A stretch of DNA of 64,000 bases from an uncultured delta proteobacterium. Lineage in GTDB: Bacteria; Myxococcota_A; Polyangia; Polyangiales; Polyangiaceae. A program made the position numbers and the translations under genes. Below are positions 29,442-40,201 of the stretch, one piece after another. The notes under the pieces were generated by a model. It had not been told where the DNA came from. It saw only the letters and a program-made list of their open reading frames with translations, and did no database searches. The stretch's first letter is position 1. Each line of letters opens with the position of its first letter. The stretch is from contig CAWKKR010000008.1 in assembly GCA_963850305.1 (NCBI GenBank), positions 1,248,001 through 1,312,000 of the forward strand, read 5' to 3'.

Positions 29442-29525
29442 GCTCTGGCTTGGGGGGCGCCACGCGGATACGAGCGCGGCGCAAGCCGTTCCCGATCCCG
29501 GCGACGCCGCGTGCCGACTCTCTCC

Positions 29526-30278
29526 TCAGGCGGCGGGATCCTGACGGTAAAAGGTGCGCAGCACCTCGTAGAGCTCGGGGTGCCGCTGCTTCAGCTCCGT
29601 GCCCGTCTCGAAGAACGCTTCCGTCACGACCGCGAAGAACTCGGCTGGATTCGTCGCTCCGTAAGCGTCGATGTCCCCGGGCTGGTGCGCCGCCACGCGC
29701 GCGAGCAACTCTTCGTACTCGGCGCCGAGTGCGCGAGCCCACTCGGCATAGGAGGAGCGACCGGGGAAATCTCTGGCGCTCCCCTCGGCGTCGAGCTGAT
29801 GCGCGAACTCGTGAAATACGACGTTGTGGCCATCCCGCGCGTTCGACGCACCTCGCTGGACCGCGTCCCACGCCAGCACCACGACCCCTCGGACCCATGA
29901 CTCGCCGAGCCGCGCCTGGTCGCCCTCGACGATGACGTCGCCGCGGAGTTCGCGCGTGTTCTTCGCGACGTACGTGCTCGGGTAGACGAGGATGGTATCC
30001 AGCATAGGATAATAGTTGGTCTCGCGGTGCAGGAGTAAGACGCACGCCTGCGCGGCGATGGTGAGCTTGATCTCGTCCGTCATGACGAGCCCGCCGCAGC
30101 CTTCGAACGTCTTCTCGCTCAGGAAGACTCGAATGTGCCCCTCCAGCTCCCGCCGATCTTCGTCGGACAGGCGGCGGACGTAGGGGACGTTGTGGAGGAT
30201 GGACGCGCGCTCTTCGGCGGAGAGCGGCTGCTTCCGCAGCTCGTCGCGGCGCCGGCTCTTGAACAGGAAATCGAGCAT
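29526..30278 (-). CDS. Zinc-dependent peptidase, M90 (MtfA) family
   Basis: IAAQACVLL, GHNVVFHEFAHQLD and YGATNPAEFFAV. Confidence 0.9.
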   Translation of the reverse strand: MLDFLFKSRRRDELRKQPLSAEERASILHNVPYVRRLSDEDRRELEGHIRVFLSEKTFEGCGGLVMTDEIKLTIAAQACVLLLHRETNYYPMLDTILVYPSTYVAKNTRELRGDVIVEGDQARLGESWVRGVVVLAWDAVQRGASNARDGHNVVFHEFAHQLDAEGSARDFPGRSSYAEWARALGAEYEELLARVAAHQPGDIDAYGATNPAEFFAVVTEAFFETGTELKQRHPELYEVLRTFYRQDPAA

Positions 30279-30889
30279 CAGGACGTCATCGAGACGCTGT
30301 CGAGCAAGGTCAGGAACGCGGCTTGCGCGGCCTTGACCGTCTTCGACGGTCCGACGAGCTTGAAGAAGTACGCGCCGCCGGGCGTGTCGATGATGGCCCC
30401 GAGGAGCCCGTAATCCGGCTTCGGCGGCGCCGGAGCCACGCCGGGACGCATGCTCATCGCGACGAAGGAGCCACTTTCGATCTGCAGCACGTGCTCCGGG
30501 AGACCCGCCGCGGTCCGCTCCGTGCGGATCGCCTTGTCGTGATCGAAGCCCGGGAATTGCGACATCCAGCGCGTGAAGTTGGCGTCCACGCCGCCCGCCT
30601 GGCCGCCGCCGAAGTGAAACACCGTGAGCTCCGCTTCCTCCCTGTCCCCCTGGGCTTTCGGGACCGCGTACGTCGCGAGCCGCATCTCGGACGGCGACGC
30701 CTTGCGTGTCCAGCCCGGCGGGTCGACCCAGTGGAGCGCGTGCGTCTCCGCCGGCGCGGGATCCGGGAGCAGCAACGCCGCGGGTGCGGGTCCATTCGAC
30801 GCGCTCGACGGTTCGGGGCGCGAGGATGGCTCGGTCGCGCGATGGCACGCGGTCACCGCGAGCAAGGAAAACAACCAGAGATGCTTCAT
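30278..30889 (-). CDS. Hypothetical lipoprotein
   Basis: Lipobox VTAC; GGVDANFTRW and YFFKLVGP; operon-coupled. Confidence 0.7.
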   Translation of the reverse strand: MKHLWLFSLLAVTACHRATEPSSRPEPSSASNGPAPAALLLPDPAPAETHALHWVDPPGWTRKASPSEMRLATYAVPKAQGDREEAELTVFHFGGGQAGGVDANFTRWMSQFPGFDHDKAIRTERTAAGLPEHVLQIESGSFVAMSMRPGVAPAPPKPDYGLLGAIIDTPGGAYFFKLVGPSKTVKAAQAAFLTLLDSVSMTS

Positions 30890-31248
30890 GTGCCCTCGTA
30901 TTCGCAGCGCGCGTCGCACGTCTCGTGCACCGTGACGCGGACGAGTCCGGGAAGTGCCGGAGAGAGTTTCTGCCAGACCCAGCGCGCAAGGTGTTCGCTC
31001 GTCGGGTTCTCGAGCCCGGGAACCTCGTTCAGGTAATGGTGATCGAGCACGTCGTAGAGCGGGCGCCACGCGCGTTCCACGACATCGTAATCGATGAACC
31101 ACCCCGTCTTTTCATCGACTGGCCCCGCGATGGCGACGTCGATCTTGAAGCTGTGCCCGTGAAGGCGCGCGCACTTGTGCCCCTCCGGCACCTTCGGAAG
31201 CAAGTGCGCCGCTTCGAACCGGAATTCCTTGACGAGACGGACCTGCAT
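30886..31248 (-). CDS. queD: 6-carboxytetrahydropterin synthase
   Basis: FEAAH, KCARLHGHSF, LDHHYLNE, NPTSE and HET. Confidence 0.95.
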   Translation of the reverse strand: MQVRLVKEFRFEAAHLLPKVPEGHKCARLHGHSFKIDVAIAGPVDEKTGWFIDYDVVERAWRPLYDVLDHHYLNEVPGLENPTSEHLARWVWQKLSPALPGLVRVTVHETCDARCEYEGT

Positions 31249-31262
31249 CGGGGGCTCGGAGA

Positions 31263-31877
31263 CTAGCCCAGCCGAGCTCGGAGCGCGTCGAGCAACGCTC
31301 GCGTCGCCTGGCCGCGGTGCGAGCGCGCGTCTTTTTCCGTGGGGGAGAGCTCGCCGCTCGTGCGTCCGAGGTCCGGCAGATAGAGGAGCGGGTCGTAACC
31401 GAAGCCGTTCGCGCCGCGCGGCGCCGTTGCGATGACGCCTGCGTACGTCCCTTCCGACTCCGCGACGACGGTGCCGTCCGGGCGTGCGACGCACATCGCG
31501 CAGACGAACCGCGCGGTCCGCCGCTCCGGCGGCACGCCGTCCAGCGCGCGCAGCAGCTTCTCGTTGTTCGCGCGATCGCGTTCCGTCCGCGGTCCTCCCT
31601 CGCCCGAATAGCGCGCCGAGTGCACCCCGGGAGCGCCGCCGAGCGCGTCCACCTCGAGCCCCGAATCCTCCGCGAGGCACTCGAGCCCCGTTGCGCGCGC
31701 GTACGCCGTCGCCTTGAGGCGCGCATTACCGCGGAACGTCTCCGCGTCTTCCACGGGCTCCGGCGGCGCCGACGCGAGCGAATCGAGTGAGCGCACGTCG
31801 TACCCGAGCGGCGCGAGCGCGAGCCGCACCTCCGTCACCTTGTGCGGATTCGTCGTCGCGAAGAGGAGAGTCGTCAC
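31263..31877 (-). CDS. rdgB: Non-canonical purine NTP pyrophosphatase (RdgB/HAM1)
   Basis: ATTNPHK, EDSGLEVDALGGAPGVHSARY, GFGYDP and SHRG. Confidence 0.93.
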   Translation of the reverse strand: MTTLLFATTNPHKVTEVRLALAPLGYDVRSLDSLASAPPEPVEDAETFRGNARLKATAYARATGLECLAEDSGLEVDALGGAPGVHSARYSGEGGPRTERDRANNEKLLRALDGVPPERRTARFVCAMCVARPDGTVVAESEGTYAGVIATAPRGANGFGYDPLLYLPDLGRTSGELSPTEKDARSHRGQATRALLDALRARLG

Positions 31878-31944
31878 GGGCGAGAGTGCTACCCATGGTT
31901 CCCGCGCCGCGCAACCCGCCACGGGGGAGGGAGATCACGGTCCC

Positions 31945-32067
31945 GTAGGCTGCTCCCCCGTCGCGCGTCGTCGCATCACGACCGGTCGTCCTCGCCTGCG
32001 GCTCCGGGCGCCCGGGTCCCTCACGCTCCGTGCTCGCCGCGGCGGCTGCGCGCGGGCGAGGGTCCCG
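31945..32067 (+). repeat. About 123-bp REP/MITE-like element, copy 1
   Basis: Near-identical to the reverse complement of 34503-34626; begins GTAGG; internal hairpin. Confidence 0.85.
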
Positions 32068-32294
32068 AACACGGGGGCCAGCGGCGTCCACCGGAAGGGA
32101 GCAACCCCATCTTCGGAAGGATGTGCTGACGCCGAGGTCCCGCATCCGCATGACACGAACAGCGGAACGAGAGACGCCCAGAGCCGCGCGCGGCGCCACG
32201 GCAGGCGACCTTCGAACATTCCGTCAGATTAACGGAATCGCGCTCGCCGAGGGACACCGAACGGCGCAGCCTCGTCCTGGGTGGCTTCAGAGGC

Positions 32295-34454
32295 TCACAG
32301 CGAGCACGACGCGCCCACGCTGCAGCAGTAGTTGCCGCAGTTCAGCGTACAGCTCGGGTCCGAGCTCGACTGATAGTCGAACGCTTCGGAGCGCGCCTTG
32401 GCGGGCAGCGAGCCGACCCTGGGCGAGAGCTCCGGTCCGACCCAAGGCCACGGGGTGCCGCTCGGCCACCAGCCGGGCTTCTTCGAGTAGTAAAGCGACG
32501 CGGGGAGCGTCTGGGTGGAGCTTGGCAAGCCCGCGGTGAGGGGCGAGGCGTTCCACATCACCTTCCGGTTTACCGTGTCGAAGTTGCCGTGGAGCCACAG
32601 GCTCTTCCAGGCGTTCGTCGATGGGTCGGCGAGGAAGATCGCGAGCTGACTGCCGTCGCTCGAGGTGTAGACCAGTGACGTCGCCGACGGCATCCCCTGG
32701 CCGGTGCTCGTCGTTCCGAGATCCGCGGGGACGCCGAGCGACGCGTCCGTCGCGCTGCCGAGGACATTGCCGATGACGGTCATGTCGAGATCGGTCGCGT
32801 CGAAGTCCAGCGCGGCGACGTTCGCGTACTGCGGGGCGAACGACTGGCCCCATACGATTGCCGACGTGGACTGATTGGCCACGCTCGGTGACCACTGGCT
32901 CGACGCGTAGTTCCGGAAGTAGGTGAGGTAGCCCGCGTTACCGTGCGTCGTCGACGCGCCCATGTGCGGCGCCCAGTTGCCCTCCATCAGCTCCATGTGC
33001 GGGAAGGCGCAGTGGCAGTCGATGTTCACCTCCTGGAACCCGTCGTCGCCGTTCCCATCGCACGACCAGGAGTTGTCGGCGTAATTGTAGCCGATCACGT
33101 TTCCACCCCCGGAGTTGTTGAAGAGGATGGGCTTGTTCATGAAGCGCGCGATGTTGTTCTCGACGAGGTCGTCGGCGGCGCCGCACGCGAGCACGATGCC
33201 GTAGTTGTCCTGCGCGAAGCCGTAGCTGTACGAGTTGTGGAAGTGGCTGTCCCGGATGACGCATCGGTACGTCCCTGCCAGCCGGATCGGCATCCCCGAC
33301 GTCGTGCCGTCGACCTGGACGTCCTTCACCCACGAGTACGCGGCGTTCGATACGTCGATGCCCCCGGCGTTCTGTCCGGGGTATCCGCCGGGACGGCCCC
33401 CCTGTACGGCGAGGCTCTCTATCCCGGCCCACTTCGTCGGCGCCTGCGACACGCGCGAGATGCGCGCGCCCTGCGCGGTGGTGAACGTCCAATGAAGCGG
33501 CGACGACAGCGTGAGCGTCGTGCCGGACACCGCCGAGATCTCGACGCGCTCGCTGAGCCCGTGATTGCTCGTCCGCTTGAAGATGGTGCCGCAGTCGCCC
33601 TCGCTAACGTCGGATGTGTCCGTCTCGTCGACGAGGGCCAGATCACCGGCGCTCCACCCCGCGGTGCTCGCGACGGTGACTGTCGACGTTTCCTTCGCGG
33701 CGTCGCTGGTGAGCAGCGGCTTCGCGCTCGCGTCGAACCCGCTGCCGTCGTAGCAGACGGTGTCCTGCATGGTGCCGATGGACAGGACCGGGCCGCCGCC
33801 GCTGCTGACAATCACCGTGCCGCTCGCCACGTCCGAGCCCGCGCCCCGCAGCACGACGCCGCTCGGCACGTCGATGGTCGACGAGATGCCGTACTTGCCG
33901 GCCGAGAGCAGCACGACCTGGTTCTTCCCCTTGCAGCCGTTCAGCGCGGTCTGGATCGCCGAGGTCGCGTCCCCGCTCTGCGGGGACACGGTCGCGCACG
34001 AGGTCGTCCGCACGGGGAGCCCGTCGTTGCCGAGCGGCGAACCGGTCGGTGTGTCGGCGAGGATCCCGGGATTCCAGGTCGTCGTGTAGTCGGGGTCGAG
34101 CAGGCCGGCCGGGGGTTGGCTGCACGCGCTGCCGCAGCTCGCACCGCCGCTTCCGGTGGCGCCTCCCGTGCCGGCGCCCGCACCGGTACCGGTCGCGCCG
34201 CCGGAGCTCGCCGTGCCACCCGTTCCGGCACCGCCCGAGCCCGCGCTTCCGCCCGCGCCGTTCGATCCGCCGCTCGCTGTCCCAGCTTCCACGGTGCCGC
34301 CCGATCCGCCGCCCTTTGCCGATCCGCTGCTCCCGCACGCCGGGCACAGCGATAGAGCCGCCGTGACGCAAAGCCCGAGCGCACCCGCGCGCTGCTGCCG
34401 GTACCATCGGTGATGGCGGCAAGCCGCAGCATGCCGCCGCTGGAGCCCGTGCAC
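32295..34454 (-). CDS. Lipoprotein with a pectin-lyase-like beta-helix (GH28/GH55-related) domain
   Basis: CPAC lipobox-like site plus Gly linker; DATSAIQTAL..VLLSAGKY..VVLRGAG; SWVKDV; start uncertain. Confidence 0.7.
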   Translation of the reverse strand: MHGLQRRHAAACRHHRWYRQQRAGALGLCVTAALSLCPACGSSGSAKGGGSGGTVEAGTASGGSNGAGGSAGSGGAGTGGTASSGGATGTGAGAGTGGATGSGGASCGSACSQPPAGLLDPDYTTTWNPGILADTPTGSPLGNDGLPVRTTSCATVSPQSGDATSAIQTALNGCKGKNQVVLLSAGKYGISSTIDVPSGVVLRGAGSDVASGTVIVSSGGGPVLSIGTMQDTVCYDGSGFDASAKPLLTSDAAKETSTVTVASTAGWSAGDLALVDETDTSDVSEGDCGTIFKRTSNHGLSERVEISAVSGTTLTLSSPLHWTFTTAQGARISRVSQAPTKWAGIESLAVQGGRPGGYPGQNAGGIDVSNAAYSWVKDVQVDGTTSGMPIRLAGTYRCVIRDSHFHNSYSYGFAQDNYGIVLACGAADDLVENNIARFMNKPILFNNSGGGNVIGYNYADNSWSCDGNGDDGFQEVNIDCHCAFPHMELMEGNWAPHMGASTTHGNAGYLTYFRNYASSQWSPSVANQSTSAIVWGQSFAPQYANVAALDFDATDLDMTVIGNVLGSATDASLGVPADLGTTSTGQGMPSATSLVYTSSDGSQLAIFLADPSTNAWKSLWLHGNFDTVNRKVMWNASPLTAGLPSSTQTLPASLYYSKKPGWWPSGTPWPWVGPELSPRVGSLPAKARSEAFDYQSSSDPSCTLNCGNYCCSVGASCSL

Positions 34455-34502
34455 CGGGAGCAACGTACCAGATCGCGTCTCCGGGGTCGAAGCGCGCCGC
34501 TG

Positions 34503-34626
34503 CGGGACCCTCGCCCGCGCGGAGCCCTTCGGGCGAGCACGGAGCGTGAGGGACCCGGGCGCCCGGAGCCGGAGGCGAGGACGACCGGTCGTGATGCGGC
34601 GCCGCGCGACGGGGGAGCAGGCCTAC
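34503..34626 (-). repeat. About 124-bp REP/MITE-like element, copy 2 (inverted)
   Basis: Reverse complement of 31945-32067; its GTAG end overlaps the tamB stop codon. Confidence 0.85.
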
Positions 34627-37600
34627 TCGAACTCGAGTCTCCAGCGGATGTCGGCGCCGAGGTTGCCCATGCCGGAGGTGGAGATGTCGTTGACGTTGTC
34701 GTAGTTGCTCTCGACGCTGACACGCGGGGAGAGACGCCACTCGACGTTGGAGCGGACCTCGCTGGATTCGGTGAGGCCGCTGGTGATGTAGGCGCGGATG
34801 CGCTGCGCGAGGTGTTTGCCGATGGTGACCGTGGGCTCGGTGCGGCCGGTGATGGAGGAGTACGCGCTGCCGAGCTTGAATTCGTCGATGATGGGGATGG
34901 TCTGCTCGACGGCCTCGTCGGCGCCGGTGAGATGGCCCAGGGCCTCGAGCGCGACGCTGCTGCCCGCGGTCGCCGACTGCGCGCGGTCGAGCTCCGCGCG
35001 GGTCAAGCCGAGCGTCAGGAGCAAGAAGATGTCGTCTTCGCTCAGGGCGGGCTCGCTCGAGAGATCGACGCGGAGCGTTTCAGGGTCGCCGTAGGCGTGC
35101 AGCGTGATCCGCCAGCGGCCGCCCGACGTGGCCGTCGCGGCGCTCGATGCGCTGGCCGACGACGACGCCGCGCCGGCTGACGACGTGCCGGAGGCCAGCG
35201 TGTCGTCGTAGCGGTGGTAGTCGGTGACGGCGGTGACGTCGACGCGCGGTTCGATACGTTCGTCGTCGTCGAAGCGGACCATGCCCTGCGTGATCTCGAA
35301 GTCGTTCCGGCGAAGGCGAATGTGCCCTCCCTTGACGACGTCGAGCTCGCCGCGCATGCCGAAGCGCTGGTTGGTGCCGGAGAGGACCAGGCCGGGGTCG
35401 GCGACGTCGAGCTTGGCCTGGACGAGGTCGTTGTCGATCTCGAGGGGACGCGACGCGCGGATGCGGACCTCGAGGGCCACGAGGTCGGCGGAGGGGTCAT
35501 AGGACTCGAACTCGGTCCTGTGGCCGCGCTTCGTGAGCGTGTCGAGGTCGGCGGCCATGGTGACCTTGCGGGTGTACCGGAACGAACCGATGGTCACGTC
35601 TCCGGTGAGCTTCGGCAGGTTCCGCGTGTCGTCGCCGCCGTGCGACGGTTGCCACTCGAGCTCCAGGTTCGCGTCTGCCGCGCCGCGGACGCCGTCCGAG
35701 ACCGGAAGCGCGACGTTGTGAAGGGTGATCGTGGCGTGCGCGCCGCTGACGTCGAAGCCGCGGAGCTGCGCGCCGCCGCCGACATCGAGCGTCCCGCCGC
35801 CGACATTAGCGGTCGCGTGCAGGATGCGAATCTCGTCCGGGTCGACCCCCAGCGCGACGTCGACGTCCGTCAGGGTCATCGGGGTACCCCGCAGCGCGAC
35901 CTCGCCGTGCGACAGGCTCAGGTTGCCGCGCTCGATGACCTGCGGCCATGTCCCCTGGACGGTGACCGAGCCAGCGAGCGAGCCCGCGACGCGATCGGCC
36001 TGGGGGAAGAGCCGCGCGACCGCGGCGAGGTCCGTCGGACGCAGGTCGAGCTTGAGCGCGACCTTGGGGTTGTCGCCCAGGTTCGAAAGGCCGCCCGACA
36101 GATCGAACGTCGCGCGTTCCCCGGTCGGCGCGATCGTCGCGACGGTGACTCCGGTCGCCTGCAAGCGGCGCTCGTCGATGCCGAGATGCGCGGGGCCCGC
36201 GAGCTCGACCTCGAAACCGCCGCGCTCGACGTCGAATTCGCCGACGTCGAGTGCCGCCGTCGCCAGGGCAGCATGGTCCAGCGGCAGCGCCTTCAGGTCG
36301 ACCTTGGCGCTCAGATGGCCGTTCACGCGCCGGTCCGAGAGCGCCACGGCCGGCGACAGCTCCGCGAAGGCGCCGAGATCGAGCCGCGTCAGGTTCACCG
36401 CGCCGCCGACGGTCTTGGAGCGCTGGCGCGTGACCTGGAGATCATCGAAGGCGATCTGATTGCCGAAGAGCTGCCCCTTCACGTGGAAGAGGCCGCTCGG
36501 CTTGTCTTCCGCGTACTCCGCGGCGTCGAAGGGACCGGTCATCGGACGGCCGCAGCGCGTCTTGCCGACGATCTTCGGCGGCGAGGCGATGGGCTCGAGA
36601 TGGACGTGCACGTCGGAGGCCGGGAGCGACGCGTGCCCGACGGTGACCGGCCCGATGCGGGCGTCGACGTCCGCGACCATGGCGTCGAGGGTGCCGCTCA
36701 CCTCGGCCACGGCGCTCGCACGTCCGTCCACGCTGCGGCCGAGGTCGCCGAGCGCCTCGATTTGCGACAGCGGAACGCCGCTCGCCACGACGTGGCCACG
36801 AAGGACGCCGCCGTCCTTCAGCGAGAGATTCCCGAGAATCGTGCCCTCTCCTTTCCGGAGCGTGACGCTCGGGACGTCGAGCTGCATGCCGAGATAGCTC
36901 GCGTCCTCGTCCATCCAGCGGAAGTCGAACCGCGCGTCGCCCCCGTCGTAGTGCTCGTCGAAGAGATCGGCCGTGGTGAGGCCGAGCGAGCCGTTCACGC
37001 GCAGGTAGCCGTCCCCGCAGCGGTCGCGCTTGCCGCCCATCTCGTACTCGACGTGCGCGTCCGTGACGCCCTTGCCGGAGATGGCATCGAACCGCGGGTC
37101 CTGGTCGAAGTGCCACATCGCGAAGAAGTCGCGGAGGTCGAGCCGGTCGCTCTTCACGTCGGCGTTGACGAGGAGCGTCGGGCCCGACTGAAAATCGAGG
37201 CGCGCGTTCGGCACGTAGAAGCGGCTGTTGCCCTTGGTACCGTGCAGCTCCGCGAGATCGAGCACCAGCGGCTTGAAGTGGACGCGTGAGTCGTCGATGT
37301 TGCCGAGCGGGAACCCCGCGAAGACGAGATCCTGCGATCTTGACGTTGCCGCGGAGGTCGGCCTGACTGGCCTTGCCGGCCATATCGACGGACAGCTCCG
37401 CGACGCCCGCCATGGGGATGTCCACGAGAGGGCTCGCGTCCGCGAGGTCGAGCCTCGACTTCGGTACCGACAGCCAGATGTCGTTGTGAAAGCCCACCGA
37501 GACCGACGCGAGCAGCTCGCTCGAGCCGAAGGTCGCCTTCGAGTTCATGAAGAGCACCGCGTCGGGGCGCACGCCGAAGCGCGTGCGCACGGTCGCCGCC

Positions 37601-39010
37601 TTGACGCCGATCATGTGCCTTCGCGCGGGCGAGTGATACGCGCGGTCGAACACCTCGAACCCGGTCGTCTCCGAATAGACGTCACCGTCGAGCTTCAGTG
37701 GAGCGATGGTGCCGCCGAAGTCCGCGATGACGACGTGGTCGAGGTCCCACTTCACGATGGTGTCGTTCGTGACCGCGTTGTTCTCCATCAGATCTTCGAA
37801 GTGCAGCCCGCGGCTATCCACGTGACGGACGCGCAGCGGGAAGCCCTTCGCGAAGGGTCGCAGGCTGATGTCGTCCAGGGTCACCGCGGCGTGGCCGTAC
37901 GTCGCGTGCATCGACGGGACCCGCACCTCGTCGTGGCCGATCTCGACGTCTCCGTCGAACTTCTTTGCGAAGCGGAAGTCGGCCATCTCGACGTCGGCGC
38001 CGCGGATCTTGCCATGCAGGTCCGGCAGGGTGGATCGCGGATCCCACCTGACGTCCGCGTCGACGGAGGCCCAGCCCCGAAACGGACCGGGCGCGACGCG
38101 ATCGAGGAGCGCGAGCGGTGCGCGCGCCTCGACGTGGCCGTCGACGAGGGCGGGCTTCATGCCGTCGAGGGCCGCGCGTAGCTCCGAGACTCGCAGGGAA
38201 ACGTAGCCGGGGTCGGCCTCGCCGAGGGCGCAGGGGTTCGATGCGCCCGGAGCGCGACCCGAGCCGGCCACGCCGATCAGCGCGAGCCGTCGGATGAGCG
38301 CTTCGCCCTTTTGCAGGTGCACGCGGGCATCGAGATCACAGAGCACGTCACGGTCGCTCACGACCGCGTCGTGGCTGCGTCGTTCTCGAACGAGGTGACT
38401 CTCACCGGCGCGGAGCGCCACCTCGAACGACGGCCCCGCGTCGGCGAAGACGTCCAGGTCCGATCGGCCCCGTGTCGACATGCAACCCCTTCGTGTCGAG
38501 GACGACGGTCGCATCGGTGAGCGAAAGTGATGCGAACGGTGCGCGGACGAACGCGGGCGCCGGGCCACGCTCGACCGGCAGACGGAATCGGACGTTCGAC
38601 AGCTTGCCGTCCTCGAGGACGAGCCGCGCGTGGGGTTCGTCGATCTCGACGTCACCGGCGTCGAGTCTCCCCGCGAGCAGGGAGAAGAGCCGAGGCGTCA
38701 CCGAGATGCGGCGAGCCGAGAAGGCCGGCGCCTTGCCGTCCGAAGCGTTCACCACGACGTGGTCGAGGACCAGCCGTAGCGGCAGGAGCTGAACGTGCAC
38801 CCCATACGCGGCGTCGAGGCCTGCGAGTCGCGTGATGAGACCCTCCGACTCGTGAGCCGCCCACTTCCGCACCGGCGCGGCGCGAACCAGGAATCCGAGC
38901 AGCAGCGGGAACGCACCCACGAGCGCGAATGCCGCGCAGAGCACGCGCGACAAGGCCCGGCCGATCTCCAGCCGTGGCCGCATGCGCGAGAGAGTCCGTC
39001 GAGCCGCCAT
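34623..39010 (-). CDS. tamB: Translocation/assembly module TamB (DUF490), frameshifts near 38461 and 37336
   Basis: N-terminal TM segment, long beta-rich body, C-terminal LSSEPALSEDDI..VTIGKHL..GADIRWRLEFE; split across 3 ORFs. Confidence 0.85.
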
Positions 39011-39205
39011 TTCGGCTCCCGAAGCGTAGCCGTCGCGCCCGCCGGGGGCCTGTTTTCCGGGGCGAGGTCAGCGAAGTCGCGAGCCTCCGGGCCTGAACGC
39101 CTGCGCAACCGTCGTTCGCCGAGCCGCTCCGGGAAGGGCGTGGCGGAGGCGGTGGCAACCTGTTAGACGAGCGTCCCCCCGAACGACCCGAGGCTCCCCC
39201 GAACG

Positions 39206-40138
39206 ATGGCGTTGCAACCAGAGCCCTCTGCCGCCAGCGCCGATCGGGCCATTCTCGCCCTCGACGGCGCCGTCGCGGCCGCGGAACAGGGTGTCCACTG
39301 CCGGACCGTCGTGCTCGTCAGCCCGGAGGATCTGCGCGCGGTCTCGCCGAGGGACGTCCGCGCGCGGCTCGACCGCATGATGCTCGCGCCGCACCCCGAC
39401 GAGGGGCTCGACGCGCTGCTCGGCTCATCCGTGCTCGACGTCCTCTTTCCGGAAGTGAAGAGCATGGTGGGGTTCGGCGACGGCGAGTTCCGGCACAAGG
39501 ACGTCTGGCGCCACACGAAGCAAGTGGTGACCCAGGCCGAGTCGCGGCTCGAGGTGCGCTGGGCGGCGCTGTTCCACGACATCGGCAAGGTGAAGACGCG
39601 GTCGTTCGGACCGAACGGCGAAGTCCACTTCTTCGGACACGCGGAGGTCGGCGCGCGGATGTTCGATCGACTCGAGCGCCGCGAGCACCTCTTCGTGAGC
39701 GACGACGCGCTCTCCTCCGCCATCCGCTTTCTGGTCCTGCACCATCTCCGCGCGAGCCAGTACGACGGCTCCTGGACGGACAGCGCCGTGCGTCGCTTCG
39801 CGCGCGAGATGGGCCCGCACCTCGGCGATCTCCTGTGTCTGTCCCGTGCCGACATCACGACGAAGCGCGCCGAGAAGAAGCGACGCGGCATCGGCATGAT
39901 CGAGGAGCTCGCGACGCGCATCACGCGGCTGGCCGCCGAGGACGCGGAGGTGGAGCCTCTGCCGAAGGGCGTCGGCATCGCCATCATGGAAGCGTTCGGC
40001 ATTCCGCCGTCCAAGCGCGTCGGGGACATCAAGCGCGCCCTGGACGCCGCAGTCCTCGCCGGTGAAATCCCGGGGCACCAAGAGTCCGCTTTCTACGTGC
40101 AGTTTCTGTCCGAGAACAAAGCCCGCTTCGGGATTTGA
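39206..40138 (+). CDS. HD-domain protein resembling the C-terminal half of a CCA tRNA nucleotidyltransferase
   Basis: HKDVWRHT, WAALFHDIGK, HFFGHAEVGA, WTDSAVRR and ADITT; no DxD nucleotidyltransferase head. Confidence 0.8.
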   Translation: MALQPEPSAASADRAILALDGAVAAAEQGVHCRTVVLVSPEDLRAVSPRDVRARLDRMMLAPHPDEGLDALLGSSVLDVLFPEVKSMVGFGDGEFRHKDVWRHTKQVVTQAESRLEVRWAALFHDIGKVKTRSFGPNGEVHFFGHAEVGARMFDRLERREHLFVSDDALSSAIRFLVLHHLRASQYDGSWTDSAVRRFAREMGPHLGDLLCLSRADITTKRAEKKRRGIGMIEELATRITRLAAEDAEVEPLPKGVGIAIMEAFGIPPSKRVGDIKRALDAAVLAGEIPGHQESAFYVQFLSENKARFGI

Positions 40139-40201
40139 CGCTGCGGCCCAGGGACGGGAGCTCGCGACTCCGCGGCCAGATCCAGCGCGCACGGCAAGCA
40201 T

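Noticed and set aside
32072..32141. SRP-RNA-like motif CCGGAAGGGAGCAAC within a foldable segment
   Set aside because: Lacks the preceding CAGG and the SRP helix pairing; better explained as the antisense of the truncated ORF starting at 32219 (an Rfam cmscan would settle it)
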